A stretch of 63,113 nt of DNA, filler included, from Stramenopiles sp. TOSAG23-6 (lineage: Eukaryota), in assembly GCA_900128565.1 (NCBI GenBank). It is 8 parts of 8 records of this genome, joined end to end, with 100 filler letters (N's around TTAATTAATTAA, not from the genome) between each part and the next. Parts side by side here need not be neighbours in the genome. Positions count along the whole stretch, not along the records: positions 31,643 to 39,438 come from LT636516.1; positions 39,539 to 47,331 come from LT636517.1; 6 more parts are not named here. The stretch is one strand, 5' to 3'. The position numbers were made by a program, and so were the translations under genes. The notes below the pieces were generated by a model. It saw only the letters and a list, made by a program, of their open reading frames with translations. It searched no databases and was not told the DNA's origin. Shown here piece after piece: positions 35,218 through 47,198 of this stretch. The first letter of the stretch is position 1. Each line of letters begins with the position of its first letter.

Positions 35218-37245
35218 TCAACATCCTCTTTGAAACGAAGCATGGCGTAGACGATTTACAGCAGCAATGACTTCCAAAGCACGAGGTCTAGCCATGTTAC
35301 CCAGCTTAGTAAATGTACCAAAATGATCCATTCCTTCTTCACTATCCATAGCATNATCAATAGCCACTTTCATGTCAGCCATAGAATCATATTTTTTCTG
35401 TTTTCCAAGCCACTGTACAGCATAAGCAGTTGCACGTGTTTGAGATGTCTCTACTAATTGCTCTATAGCACACAAGTCAATCTTAGTTGCACCATATTCT
35501 ATAATCTTTTTATCTCGACACATAACTTTGCCTCTGTCNCCACGAACAGCTAAACTATGAGGTAATGGAGAGCGTCGACTTGCGCTACATTGATTTGAGC
35601 ACGTCAAAGATCGAATGACATCGTCGTCAGAAATGACACCTTCTGTATTTTTCCTAGCTCTTTTCNACATTGGGGCATCTCCATCCTCTTTTGAAGTTAG
35701 AAATATTTGAGGAATCTTTGATTCATTTTGTGCAAATGCATGAGCAATAGCCTTTGCTTTTGCTGTCACATCNGTTGCTTTGTANCAATCCATCAATATA
35801 ACAGTATCTGCAACACTAAAGAAGCAACCTGCTCCACCAACAACAAGAACTGTACTAACTTTCAGATTTTGCCATAATTGACGAGCCCGTGAAAGAAATG
35901 GGGTAATTGGTTCTTTATGAGAGGGTAATAAGTGAGCCATNTGNTCATCCCGAATCATAAAGTTAGTAGCACAAGAGTCTTCGTCCATTAGCAATGTTTT
36001 CGACCCCGCTTGAAGTGCTTCTACAATATTTGCAGCTTGACTAGTAGATCCTGAAGCATCAGATGTGCTAAATTCTGTGGTACCTTTACCCATTGGTAGA
36101 TTGTTAATAAAAGCTGATATATCGAGTGAGTGAATTGCCCTTCCATCTTCTGCTCTTATCTTCAAAGCATCTGCATCAGTTACCACAAATTCTCGCCCAT
36201 CACCCGGTATGTGGTTATAGCATCCNACTTCAAGTGCTTTTAATAAGGTTGATTTCCCATGAAAACCACCACCAACAATAAGAGTTACACCTTGCGGGAT
36301 ACCACAGCCTACCAAAAGACCAGAATTCGGTACAGTAAATTTATGTTCTAAACTAGTTGGTGACGAAAATGCAACTGCTGTAGATAAATCCATTGGCAAA
36401 TCACTAGCACCACTATCACGAGGTAAAATTGAACCATTTACAATAAAAGCAGTTAAACCTGCATCTCTTAACTGACCNCGTAAACTTTCTTGATCTTCCA
36501 CACAAAGNACATGTTTTTTGCCAGCATTTTGGTCAACACCAGAACCATTCCAATTGAGTGCAGCATCTACTAATAAAGGGATGTCCCGAACAAATATCTC
36601 TATAGCACGTCTACCCATTATAGAGCGACCTCTTGCTGGAAGTGCAACTGTAAAGCGAGCTTCTACAGAAGTTTCAGTCACAATTACACTTGTTCGTTCG
36701 AGAACATGTTGACCAGGTTTATCAATACTCATATTTCCACCTTTGGGGCCTGACCATCCCTTCCCAGTACTAGATTTATCAGTGCCTTTTGCATGAGCTG
36801 CCTTCCAAAAGCATCTAGTAAAGTAATCGGCAAGAGCCACACGACGAGTTCGAGAAGAAACAAGTTCACTTGGAACGTTGGCTTGCGAATGTTCAATTAG
36901 GACATGACATCGTGAAGGTGGCGCATAGGAGTCTCCTTGAACGTGATTTACACCAAGAACATACTTTGTATTACAATTATCAAATGACCAAAGCCCACGT
37001 ATATCTTTGTATGCATTATAGGATTTCCCGTCAATACGACGCAACTCCTTTTCCAAGTCGTTTTGTGAACCTACTCGGTTGACAGGTCCAGAGTCATGAT
37101 GCTTATGTTGACTTCGACTACCACCACCACGCCCTCCATATTTAGCTTTATAATATGCTCCTCTACCTCTACCTCTTCCGCGACCGCCACCTCTTCCACC
37201 ACGGTAGCCACCACCTCCGCGGCCTCTACTATATGATGATCGCAT
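35218..37245 (-). CDS. ABC-class ATPase domain protein (PF09818-like) with RGG-rich N-terminus
   Basis: HVQGDSYAPPSR, IVGGGFHGKSTLL, NHIPGDGRE, ASGSTSQAANI, DEDSCATNFMIRD. Confidence 0.88.
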   Translation of the reverse strand: MRSSYSRGRGGGGYRGGRGGGRGRGRGRGAYYKAKYGGRGGGSRSQHKHHDSGPVNRVGSQNDLEKELRRIDGKSYNAYKDIRGLWSFDNCNTKYVLGVNHVQGDSYAPPSRCHVLIEHSQANVPSELVSSRTRRVALADYFTRCFWKAAHAKGTDKSSTGKGWSGPKGGNMSIDKPGQHVLERTSVIVTETSVEARFTVALPARGRSIMGRRAIEIFVRDIPLLVDAALNWNGSGVDQNAGKKHXLCVEDQESLXGQLRDAGLTAFIVNGSILPRDSGASDLPMDLSTAVAFSSPTSLEHKFTVPNSGLLVGCGIPQGVTLIVGGGFHGKSTLLKALEXGCYNHIPGDGREFVVTDADALKIRAEDGRAIHSLDISAFINNLPMGKGTTEFSTSDASGSTSQAANIVEALQAGSKTLLMDEDSCATNFMIRDXXMAHLLPSHKEPITPFLSRARQLWQNLKVSTVLVVGGAGCFFSVADTVILMDXYKAXDVTAKAKAIAHAFAQNESKIPQIFLTSKEDGDAPMXKRARKNTEGVISDDDVIRSLTCSNQCSASRRSPLPHSLAVRXDRGKVMCRDKKIIEYGATKIDLCAIEQLVETSQTRATAYAVQWLGKQKKYDSMADMKVAIDXAMDSEEGMDHFGTFTKLGNMARPRALEVIAAVNRLRHASFQRGC

Positions 37246-37598
37246 GAAAAGTTTTAAAAAGGTACTTCTTTTTTTCGTAGATTTTTTTATCGAATGTATT
37301 GACTCGAAAAACAAACAAACCTGTTGCTGCTGGTCAATGTGACATNTCATCAACATCATAATGTCATTATATGTCACAACAACAAACAATTATCAAAAAC
37401 ACAAACAAACAACAACAATAATTTTCAAAATATTTATTGTTCAATGACAAATTCAAAGCTTTTAATTATTTACATGACATTGTGGCAGGGATTTAAGTAT
37501 ATCGGTGGTATTAAAAAAGNAATAACGCATACTTTTGAATGTTAGGTNTTTATTACAATCTCAAATCTTAAAAAAATCNATAGCTCTTTTTTTANTCA

Positions 37599-38882
37599 CT
37601 ATTCAGACAAATCTAAAGTACAACCAATAAGAATNTGATCTGATGGATTTTCCTCGTTTGGGCAGAGTGGTTGAGAGTGATCAGGATATGNTTCAGTTGC
37701 CTGAGGCGTTTCCAATACTTCTTCAACACTCCAGTGATCTGAGATAAATACATAGTCAATTGTATCCGTAAATGCATTTGGTTTCTTTTCACCTCCACTA
37801 ACAGTATGATTTGTCCAAGAAGGTTCATGGCCTTGATATTCCATATACGCCGATCGAAANGGAAATTCTAAACTAGGCTTCCATGAAACACGTGCTTTCG
37901 CAATTACATCTTCTGATATATAAGCAGGATCATCTGGGCTTATTGAACCACTNGTGATCAGAGCATATGGACCATCAACTGGTTTAATATTAAAATCACC
38001 TAATAAAACATAAGGCTTGATAATATCACTATCTGCAGTAGCAAGGTCNATGACACGTTGTGCACAAAGTTGGGTGTGGATTGTCATAATTGGTTGTTGC
38101 CAGTAACAACATGGCATGTGGTACGTAGATACGATGAAAGAAGGGCCTGAGGACACTTTACTACGGCTTCGTGTCATTCTACCAGAATACCATGAGCTAC
38201 CAGAACTTGAATCTTTACCCCGTAGCTCAAATGATATCATATTATTATATCTTTTACGTGAGTACTCAAATGAACATANTTTTTCGACAGCTTTTGGTTT
38301 TGACCATACGAAGAATTCTTGCAAGCCAGGAACTGCGGCTAAAACACATAANAATAGTGTTATGAAAAGATNAAAGTCCNTTACCCTTTCAACTTCTAGT
38401 ATCAAGGACGCAGCAACAGTTACTGGCAATACTATNCTAGTAATAGTTTCGCCAATTGATANAAACCGTNTTACAGATGAACATAATGNANTTCCTTTCG
38501 TCTTTTTCTTATCAGTGTCCTTTAACATTTTGATTGCTGGAGACTGTCCAACTCTGAAAATATCAGCATTCACTAGTTCATACTTTTCCATAGGAAAAGC
38601 AAGAGAAACACCCATAAATCCACTCCATTGACTTCCATAAAGACTATCGCAGTAATAGTAACCATTTGATAAAAACAAAGCGTGAAACCGTCCTGACCAT
38701 TCCATACAAACTTCTTGTAGGGCAATGATGGCACGTCTATTCATTTGTTCTTGTAGCTTTGCTACGATACGCTCATATCGAGTTTCTGGATCACAGTCTT
38801 CAGGCTTACAGTGTAGAAACCANCCCGAATTCCCAAGAAAAGGGGAAAGAACATTGTATGAGACAAAATCGTGATGCGACAT
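37599..38882 (-). CDS. Endonuclease/exonuclease/phosphatase-family (CCR4/nocturnin-like) protein
   Basis: VSYNVLS, IALQEV, LGDFN, TIDYVF, PSD(H) motifs. Confidence 0.88.
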   Translation of the reverse strand: MSHHDFVSYNVLSPFLGNSXWFLHCKPEDCDPETRYERIVAKLQEQMNRRAIIALQEVCMEWSGRFHALFLSNGYYYCDSLYGSQWSGFMGVSLAFPMEKYELVNADIFRVGQSPAIKMLKDTDKKKTKGXXLCSSVXRFXSIGETITXIVLPVTVAASLILEVERVXDFXLFITLXLCVLAAVPGLQEFFVWSKPKAVEKXCSFEYSRKRYNNMISFELRGKDSSSGSSWYSGRMTRSRSKVSSGPSFIVSTYHMPCCYWQQPIMTIHTQLCAQRVXDLATADSDIIKPYVLLGDFNIKPVDGPYALIXSGSISPDDPAYISEDVIAKARVSWKPSLEFXFRSAYMEYQGHEPSWTNHTVSGGEKKPNAFTDTIDYVFISDHWSVEEVLETPQATEXYPDHSQPLCPNEENPSDXILIGCTLDLSE

Positions 38883-39145
38883 TTGCTCACCTATAACTAA
38901 CTATACTTTCGTTGCGCACTTTTTGGCGTGTCGAAAAATTTATGACACGCGCTGGCCACGAGTCGAATTTTTATCAGCAATTTTTATTTTATCTCAATTA
39001 TATTATTATAGTAGCAAGTAGAGCTACCGGTCATATGAACAACTGATAGCAAAATAAATGAGATTTTTTTTTATTCATTATATACTTTAAGTCACACCTG
39101 ATTTGAGATTCTTCTTAAGACTTATACTAGTAATTTTTTTTAAAA

Positions 39146-39383
39146 TTAGTATGAGAAAACAGGTACAAAATTTTCGGCGAGTAGCTTTTCAGTGAGAGAC
39201 TCCTCATTTTTGATAGTGGTCTCGATATCTGTCACAAACATTGGCTCATCAGCAACGCCACACATATTTTTGCCCATCTCAAGGTAAATATAACCTTTTT
39301 CTCCCCAATCCGTTGCCCAACTGTTACGTACGATCCAGTATGGAGTTACATTTTCCATGTTTACACCAACAATTTGTACACAG
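39146..39383 (-). CDS. Papain-family cysteine protease, last exon
   Basis: CVQIVG..YWIVRNSWATDWGEKGY..NMCGVA. Confidence 0.9.
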
Positions 39384-39538
39384 ATGTATTGTGAAAAAAA
39401 AATGTAGTCNAAANTTNTTAGGTACAAAATTTCGTACGNNNNNNNNNNNNNNNNNNNNNNNNNNNNNNNNNNNNNNNNNNNNTTAATTAATTAANNNNNN
39501 NNNNNNNNNNNNNNNNNNNNNNNNNNNNNNNNNNNNNN

Positions 39539-39744
39539 AAATGTTTATGAAATCAAATCCAAATTTAACATCAAAAGCGTTTTCAGGTGGCGTTGCTATC
39601 GCAGCTGCTAATCCAGAGTTTGCCATGTCCATAGCTAAAACTGCTGCAAAACAATCAACTGAAGACTTCTATAATGACAATTCTGACCCTTTAGACGAAC
39701 CTGCAGGATTGCCTGACGTTCCCGGTGATGATCCTTTTGCTTGA
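39539..39744 (+). CDS. C-terminal fragment of unknown protein
   Basis: Open frame from contig start with normal codon usage. Confidence 0.4.
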
Positions 39745-40091
39745 TTGGAAGTTGATTTTTTGCCGAGAACAACTTTTGTTTTTGATAAGTGGAAAAGGAA
39801 CTGAGTACTGCGATTTTGTTCTAAAGATAAATATCAATGAAATATACCGAAATATACACTGCAAATGTTTTTTTTTTTTTTGTAATTTTTTCTTTTTTTA
39901 TGTAATTTTTAAAATTTTTGTTTGGTACCCGGTAATACTATATTTCAGTTCCTCGAAAAGAGCCAGACCGTTAAAAAATGGGGTACCATATGCGCTTCCT
40001 AACCGACGGTAGGTTCCAAGAAGACTCTTTGTATACGGAGAAGCTTTAATTTAACGAAAAATCACTCAGTCGAACTTCAAAAACAGAGGAA

Positions 40092-42037
40092 ATGAAAACT
40101 CTGGGTATTTTATATGCGTCTGTGTTTTCTCTTTTGCTTCTACTGAGTCATGTTCGCGCGGCTGACTTTGGTAGAGACGTCGCACACCCTGATGGGACTA
40201 CCATCACTAGAGTAGTTCCAGACACTCATGAAGATTCTGCTAACATGGGTGATATGGTGACTGCTGTGGCATTGCGAGGTTCTCCTCCACAATTAGGTAT
40301 GAATGGTGGTGCTGTACCGGCTCCACCAGAACCGGCTGCACCAGAACCCACCGCCCTCGTACCCGCCGCACTCGTACCCGCTGCACCAGAACCAGAACCA
40401 GAACCAAAAGCTGCCGAAGTCCTGGGAAAGGGGACTATTTTGGAAGCTTTGTCGTGCGATGGCGGTGGTGGTGGTCATGCTGCTGCTGTTTGTGCTAGGC
40501 GGGAATACCAAATTAAAAAAACACTTGCCGAGGCAGATCAGGGGAAAGTTTTTCTAGCAGTTCGTACTCATGATCAATTACCGGTTGCTATAAAGGTCGC
40601 AAAAAGTAAGGAGAACAACGAGGAGTTGAATAAGGAGTCAGAAGCACTAGAGAAATGTAAAGGTTCCCCATATGTAGCCCATCTCATTGCCAGAGGTACA
40701 TTTGGTGATTTGTCTTTTATCGTCCTACCATTATACGAGAAAACTTTACGTCAGTATATTGAACAACTTAAAATTGATAAAGTTGACGAAATCGTTGCTT
40801 TAGAAAACATTGTACACATCATGAGTGATGTACAATACGGATTGCAACATATTCACAAGAATGGCATTGTCCATAGTGACCTGAAACTGGATAATATAAT
40901 GGTCTGGGACGACGATAATGGGAAAAAAAGAGGTGTCATTGTAGATTTTGGTGTGTATAAGTTGATTGGTAATGAAGAAAATGTGGTTGATTACGTAGGC
41001 GACAAAGTTGATGAATTTGAATTTGGTGACGCAGATACGAAGGCGCCAGAACTTTGGGCAAAAAGCCTAAAGTGGTGGGAAGAATATCTTAATATGCGAA
41101 AACCGTCAAAGGAGATGCTTGAAAAAAAATTTGGGGTTGACTTTCCAGTTACCTATACAATGTCGGGAAAATCAGATATTTATTCCTTGGGGAAAGTTTT
41201 CCTTCAGTGCTTAAATGTACTCAATTATGAAGAAGGTGGATCGTCTCAGGTACACACTGAGGGAATAATCCAGGCGACAAAACAAAGTGGTCGTTTTGCC
41301 AATAAAAACCTTTTGGGTTTCACTAACATTGATGAAATTTATAACGAAATTTTTGCGAAAACTCTAAAAGATGATCCTTCAATACGGGATTACATTGACT
41401 TTTCTGAATTACGTCGTGCTCTTGTTCAAAGGCAAGCGGATATTGAAAATCATCAAATAGACAATGAAGTATCAGGCGTTACAAAAGGAAGTGTTACAAG
41501 AGGAAGCGGACTTAGTATCAGTCCAGTCGCGTTGCCGGGTGATAAATTTTCTAGACGCAGCCCCGGTGCGTGGGTACCTAGTAGGCGCCGTAGGAGTAAT
41601 GAGCGCCCGTTTAGCGTCAGTCCTGAGGGTTCTAGTACCAGTCCAGCGGAGACGGGGAGTCGTTCATCGATGTCAGTGCCGCTGCCGCATGATGATAGCC
41701 CCGGTGCGTCGAAACTTAGCTCGTTTAGAGCATTTCAACAACGAGGGGGAGACTCTAGCGGCAGTGGCCTACTGAAATGGCGACTCCGTTGGAACTCCAG
41801 GGGGTAGGGGAATCAACAGAAGTAACAAGTGATGGAAGTGGGGGATTTAGCCCAGTGGTGGTACTCCAGAAGGGACCATTAGGAACCGTATTAAGAAGAG
41901 CAGAAAGTGGGGGGTTTAGCCCAGTGGTGCTGCGGAAAAGCCCAGTGGCACAAACCCCGACTCCGCCATTGGATGAAAGAAGCAAGGTTATCCTTGAAAG
42001 AAGCCCCGAAAACCTGGCGTTGAATCCTTATTTTTAG
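40092..42037 (+). CDS. Ser/Thr protein kinase with N-terminal signal peptide; likely frameshift near 41770
   Basis: VAIK, HSDLKLDN, DFG, APE, SDIYSLG; MKTLGILYASVFSLLLLLSHVRA leader. Confidence 0.85.
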
Positions 42038-42146
42038 CCCAGTGTTGGTGCCGAAAAGCCCAGTGGCACAAACCCCGACTCCGCCATTGGATGAAAGAGA
42101 TTTGGATAGCCACTTAAGCCCCGAAAACCTGGTGTTGAATCCTTGA
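41916..42146 (+). repeat. ~117-bp direct duplication across the kinase 3' end
   Basis: AAAAGCCCAGTGGCACAAACCCCGACTCCGCCATTGGATGAAAGA twice. Confidence 0.85.
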
Positions 42147-42321
42147 CGGTTGTTATGATATATTATATATCAAAAGTAATGAATTTTATCAGTAGACTCT
42201 ACGGCAAAGCGAACATTTTTGTACAAAATGAATATAAGAAAACTATGAACATAATTATGAATATAAAAGAAATAATAAATTTATATAACGAAACATTTAA
42301 AGCTTAAAATGAATTTGAAAT

Positions 42322-45300
42322 TCACGATAAATTTGTAATAGCATTATTGTGACTACTTATTTGCATGTTACGCCATATTTCGTATTCGGCAAAATTATTT
42401 TCCGCTTCATTTCGTGTAAAAATTCCATTTATTCTACGACTGCTCATATGGTATCCGATGATGGCATGACGAACTTTTCTGTGGAAAGTATGCCTCTCAA
42501 GTGAAATTGCGTACCCCATTTGTGCACGAGCTTTCCTCTCTTTTGGATGGCTCAACCACCATTGTAGTATATTAAGAATTTCTTCGTCGGTGTCCTCCTC
42601 TGAAAGTTCAACTACGAAAAGTTGTAATTCGTCCCGTTCATACTTTGGTGCTGAAATAGGTATATTCCCCACAATGAGACTGCCTGCCAGGGCAGCTTCC
42701 CAGTACTTGGCTAAAGTATAGCTATATTTACTGCTAGTTACAAATATATGCTGTGAAAAATATGTAACAAAAATAAATTATTGCGTAAGAAACCTTCAGA
42801 TTTTAGTTGCAAAAATAAATAAATTTGACCAAATAATTGACCAAATAAATTTGAAATTCATAATGAAAACATACACAATCTTGGCACGATGAAGTCTTGT
42901 AAGAAACCCTTTGTATTGCTGCTCCATTTTAGCTTCTGTAATTCCTCGTTTTTCACACATTTGTACTGATGAACATAACCTATCCGTGTAACCTGGGTGA
43001 TTCAAAAGTGCAACTTGTGTATTCTTGTTATTCCAAGGTTGCTGAGCAATATTTATTATAGTAAATGAACCAGGAATGTCTTTGTCGTCCAGAAAGATTT
43101 TACTTTGTTCTGGGTTAAACTTTGGTCTTGGAATCTTACTAAAAGTGCCTTTAAATGCTAATCTACCCAACCGAACGCGAAGTGGGTAATGTTTTTCATG
43201 CATAAAACCAGTGAGGAATAAGTCTATATCTCGTTGATTCATAACATCACATGTCTTTGGGTTAGGGTTATGTTTTTGCTGTGTTACTGTAGAATTCAAA
43301 TGTTTCGTATGACATTGATTTTTATCAATGCGATTTTGTTTTTTTATATCCTTTGCGATATCATCAAATAATGTAGGCATTACAGCATGGCCAGAATGGA
43401 TGAGAATCTTGCCAGGTTGACGTGAATCCTTCCTATTCATATTAATATTATTAATATATTGGAATATAGAGTTTACTCGCATTTCGTGTTCATATGCAAA
43501 TAAAAAAACGTCACTTTCTTCAACACACTGTTTGCAAACACTTGAATGGCATTCATGCTCCCATCTAACGTTTATAGGTGGCGGAAAACCTAATTTTTTA
43601 TTCATCTGTTGAATTTCTAAAACTTCAGAGGAAAAATTGTAACGCTCTACACCAATTTCACCACACTGTCCAAATATCCACAGCATATCGATTGGTTTAA
43701 TCGATTTAATATCTATTGATTCTTTTGTATTATTAAGTAAAGATATTTCATTATTCTCTTTTCGAACTTCAACATGAAGATACGGACAGTTCTGTGCAGC
43801 TTTCAGTAAATATATTTTGTCGAAATATTTCATAATTTTTTTTTGTTGGGTATAAAATTTACTATAAAACAAAACTAAACTTTAAATTCAATTTTGAAAA
43901 CGTACATGTATAAAATCTCTGTGCATAAACTTTGACTTGTCAACATCAGAAATCAGAAATACAACGGAAATTTGCCGTCTTTGAGTATTTATATTTGAAT
44001 CAATATCACTTGTAATACTATTCATATCTAAACCTTGTGTCCCATTCATAAAATACTCTTTGTTGCCTGTCCATGAATTTGATCGTAATATTTCTAGTTT
44101 TCTCTCTTGTGTGTCTTTTTGAGTAGTAGGGTTAGGGTTAGGGTCTTTTTGAGTAGTAGACGAAGGAGATTCACGAGGTGGAAATTCTGTACCAAATTTT
44201 GCCCCGAATGAATTTCGATTTTTGTTTTTATGAAGATTGGATAACATCCAAACATGGCGTTCAAACAAAAATGTTGCAATTTTTACGTGACTTGTACGTT
44301 GCCATGTGTCATATAGGATTGTATTCTCCTTTGTAAACGTATAATTACCATGTTGTGGTCTTAAAGTAGGCAATTTATTCAATAATGTCTTATTCAATAT
44401 AGTTGAGTGAGTTTTCTCCATCCAAGCAGCAACAATATACGGTCCAGGTGATAAAGTTGGCTTTGTTATAGTTGTGTTATTTGATGTATAATTAAATGTT
44501 TTAAAGAATGGAAGTTTGTAGGAATATAAGAAAATATCTTCTGAACTACCAGTTTGTTTTAATTGTCTCGAAACTTTTTCAAAAACAAATGGATTTGTTT
44601 CATTAATGGGAGGACTAAAAGATACCTCATTTGTGGATAGATTATGGCATTGAATAATCACCGAAGATTTCACCAGATCATTTTCTCTTTCTTGTGTACT
44701 TTTTGTAATATTCTTAATATCCTCATAATTTTTACATGGTGGAGATATATGTTGGGAAAATATTTCATAATTTGAAATTTATTAGGTACAAATTTTAATA
44801 CAAAAAAAAATCAAATTTAAATTTAAAATTCATACTGAAAACGTACACGAACATTTCACAAATTCATCATTAAAACAACATTGAGAAGTATACCTCAATT
44901 CACTTCCATCACATAACGGATTCAATATGTTTCCCTGAAATTTTGAATTAATTGTACTAGATTTATTGTCATTACTATTAATGTATTTTAGAAAAATATT
45001 TCAAAAAAAAATCCTTAGGTACAAAATTTCGTATGAAAAAAAAATTGAATTTGAAAAAAAAATAAAACATACATGGTATTCAATCCATTTCGAAGTTCAT
45101 TTGCAATTGTACGGGATATTTCATCTGTCGTTTGTTGAATATTTTGGTCAATATTAATTTCATCTGTCGTTTGTTGAATATTTTGGTCAAGATTAATTTC
45201 ATCTGTCGTTTGTTGAATATTTTGGTCAATATTTTCTGATTTTTGGTTGACTATTTTTTCCTTTCGGTGGGCACAGCATCGATCACGATATCCATCATTA

Positions 45301-47198
45301 CTACTAAAAGTAAAGGGATAGGATGTGAAATATATATATATATGTATATATTCGTAAAAAAAAAAAAATCGTTGTACAAAATTTTCTATAAAAACACAAT
45401 ATAAGGTAAAACAGTAGGTAGTGATAAATATTTTTGAAGAAATTTGTTAGGTAAAAAATTTCGTATGAAAAAAAAAATTCGAAAAAAATATAAACGTACA
45501 TGAGTTGGAGGGCACATTCCCCGTATTCTTTGTTTGCCTTGTCGTCTTCTCCAGTTCCATAAAAATGTTTTATATTTTTCATTATTGTTATTGACGTCAT
45601 CACGTTGAATTGAAAAGCACAATCTTTTATCGTTAAGTTTGTATTTTTCTGGACAATCTATACAAATTGGTACAGATATCGCAACATTTAATGGAAGCGA
45701 AACATGTATTTTGGAAAAATATTTCAAAAAAAAATCGTTAGGTACAACATTTCGTACGAAAAAAAATAAATTCGAAATTGAAAAAATAAAACAAACATGT
45801 CCCCGATGATATTGATTACCTATTTTTGGATCAATTAATTGTATTTCATAATCTTCATAATATGTTTCAACAAATTTAGTATTCGCTTGAGCTTTATCTG
45901 TTTGATTAGGGTTTGATGTTTTTGTCTCTGAAGGAGGAAGCAAAATTGTTGATGAAATCGGACAATTTTTTGTAATCAACACCGCAAAAATTGAATCATT
46001 TGAGTAAATGTGAGGAATTTGGCGTTTAATAGAACTCTGCCATTCATATAATGAAAAATATGCAACAACGATAACTCGTTACCTTATAGAATTGTTTTGG
46101 AAAAACAATAAATTTAAACAATAAATTTGAATAATAAATTTGAACAATAAATTTAAACAATAAATTTGAACATAAATTTAAACACTTCATCCTCAAAAAA
46201 AAAAATATTAGGTACAAAATTTGGTACAAAAACAAATTGAAATTCATGATGAAAACGTACAAATGTACCATATAACTACGATGTATTTTTTCATTAAGTG
46301 TAATCCAATGTCGATCAATTTCGTTTGATGTTTTTGTACTCATTATCAATTTATTAAAGATATCAGATTCTGCTTCAAAAAGATCCCAAGTTCTATGCCA
46401 CGGCACAGGGTAAAATATATAGGGTTCTGCAATATTTACTTTTTTTTTATGTAGGGAATTTGGCACGGAATCATTAGTAGACTTTGAGAAATCTTCCCAT
46501 ACACGCTGCAATAATTTTGGTCCATTGTGTCCCCATAGATAACTAGAAAATTCAGACACAAAGCGGCATAGAGCTATCGCAATGAATGGATGCTCAGGTT
46601 CCCACATGGAGAGCACTGCATTATTGAGTTGATTTGGATCTTCCTCTCCCACAGTATTTTTCGGAATAGTTGAAAAATCTTTTTTAACAATCAAATCTGT
46701 GTCAAGATAAGTACCACCATATCGATATATCAAAGCTAACCGTAAAGCATCTGCCTTGTGGTGATATCCAAATCCGTTATCCCACTTTGCTTCGAAATAC
46801 CAATCCCTTAGATTAGTCCAGGGTTTGTTATTACAGTCACTTTTACAGTTGGATAATTGAGATGAAAAATAAAACTCATCCGCATAGTTAAATCGAACGA
46901 CAATTATATTGGTTGCCAATGTTTGCAAAACTCCTGCTGACCAAGTATTGGAATAAACAAAGACATTTCTATTGGGATTTTTACTGGTTGCGCTTTCAAT
47001 GGCGCATAGAGCAATACCATCAGGGGTATATTCTTCACTTGTATGTACAAAAAAGATATCCGATCCAAGCCTCGGTAATGGCGCTGTATTTTTTCCTTGA
47101 ACAAGTATTTGGAACAATAAGAAGCATAATCCAAGTAGTATACCAGTACGGCGTAATGTCATTCCTTTGCTAGAAAAATAGGCGGAAATGCAACGCAT
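42322..47198 (-). CDS. Multi-exon glycosyltransferase: N-terminal GT32 (DXD, A4GALT-like) domain and C-terminal GT-B-like domain, seven element introns
   Basis: CAIESA, ADALRLALIYRYGGTYLDTD, WGHNGP; C-terminal KIV|FVTSSKYSYTLAKYWEAALAGSLIVGNIP. Confidence 0.7.
42746..42874 (-). mobile_element. Introner-like intron, degenerate, GT-AT
   Basis: Join reads AKI-V-FVTSSKY; nearby CAG gives an immediate stop. Confidence 0.75.
43810..43905 (-). mobile_element. Introner-like intron, GT-AT
   Basis: Join reads RDFIH-LLKAAQ. Confidence 0.8.
44745..44846 (-). mobile_element. Introner-like intron, GT-AT
   Basis: Join reads VKCS-S-PPCK. Confidence 0.75.
44981..45072 (-). mobile_element. Introner-like intron, GT-AT
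   Basis: Full consensus; join reads GLNT-I-NSND. Confidence 0.82.
45118..45233 (-). repeat. 39-bp coding tandem repeat x3 (NIDQNIQQTTDEI)
   Basis: ATTTCATCTGTCGTTTGTTGAATATTTTGGTCAA repeated three times. Confidence 0.9.
45330..45499 (-). mobile_element. Introner-like intron, compound; 3' boundary approximate within (AT)n
   Basis: AT|GTACGT.. with two core-like segments. Confidence 0.6.
45704..45796 (-). mobile_element. Introner-like intron, GT-AT, 93 nt without in-frame stop
   Basis: Join reads HRGH-VSLPL. Confidence 0.82.
46050..46260 (-). mobile_element. Introner-like intron with internal short tandem repeats; 3' boundary uncertain
   Basis: TT|GTACGT...GTACCTAAT; downstream exon SIFAVLITKNCP completes the GT32 domain. 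Confidence 0.6.

Noticed and set aside
35159-35243. 42-bp direct duplication at the ATPase stop codon
   Set aside because: Simple local duplication or assembly artefact with no evident function
34394-39420. Scattered single N bases as recoding or editing sites
   Set aside because: Many fall at third codon positions; consistent with masked polymorphisms in a consensus assembly
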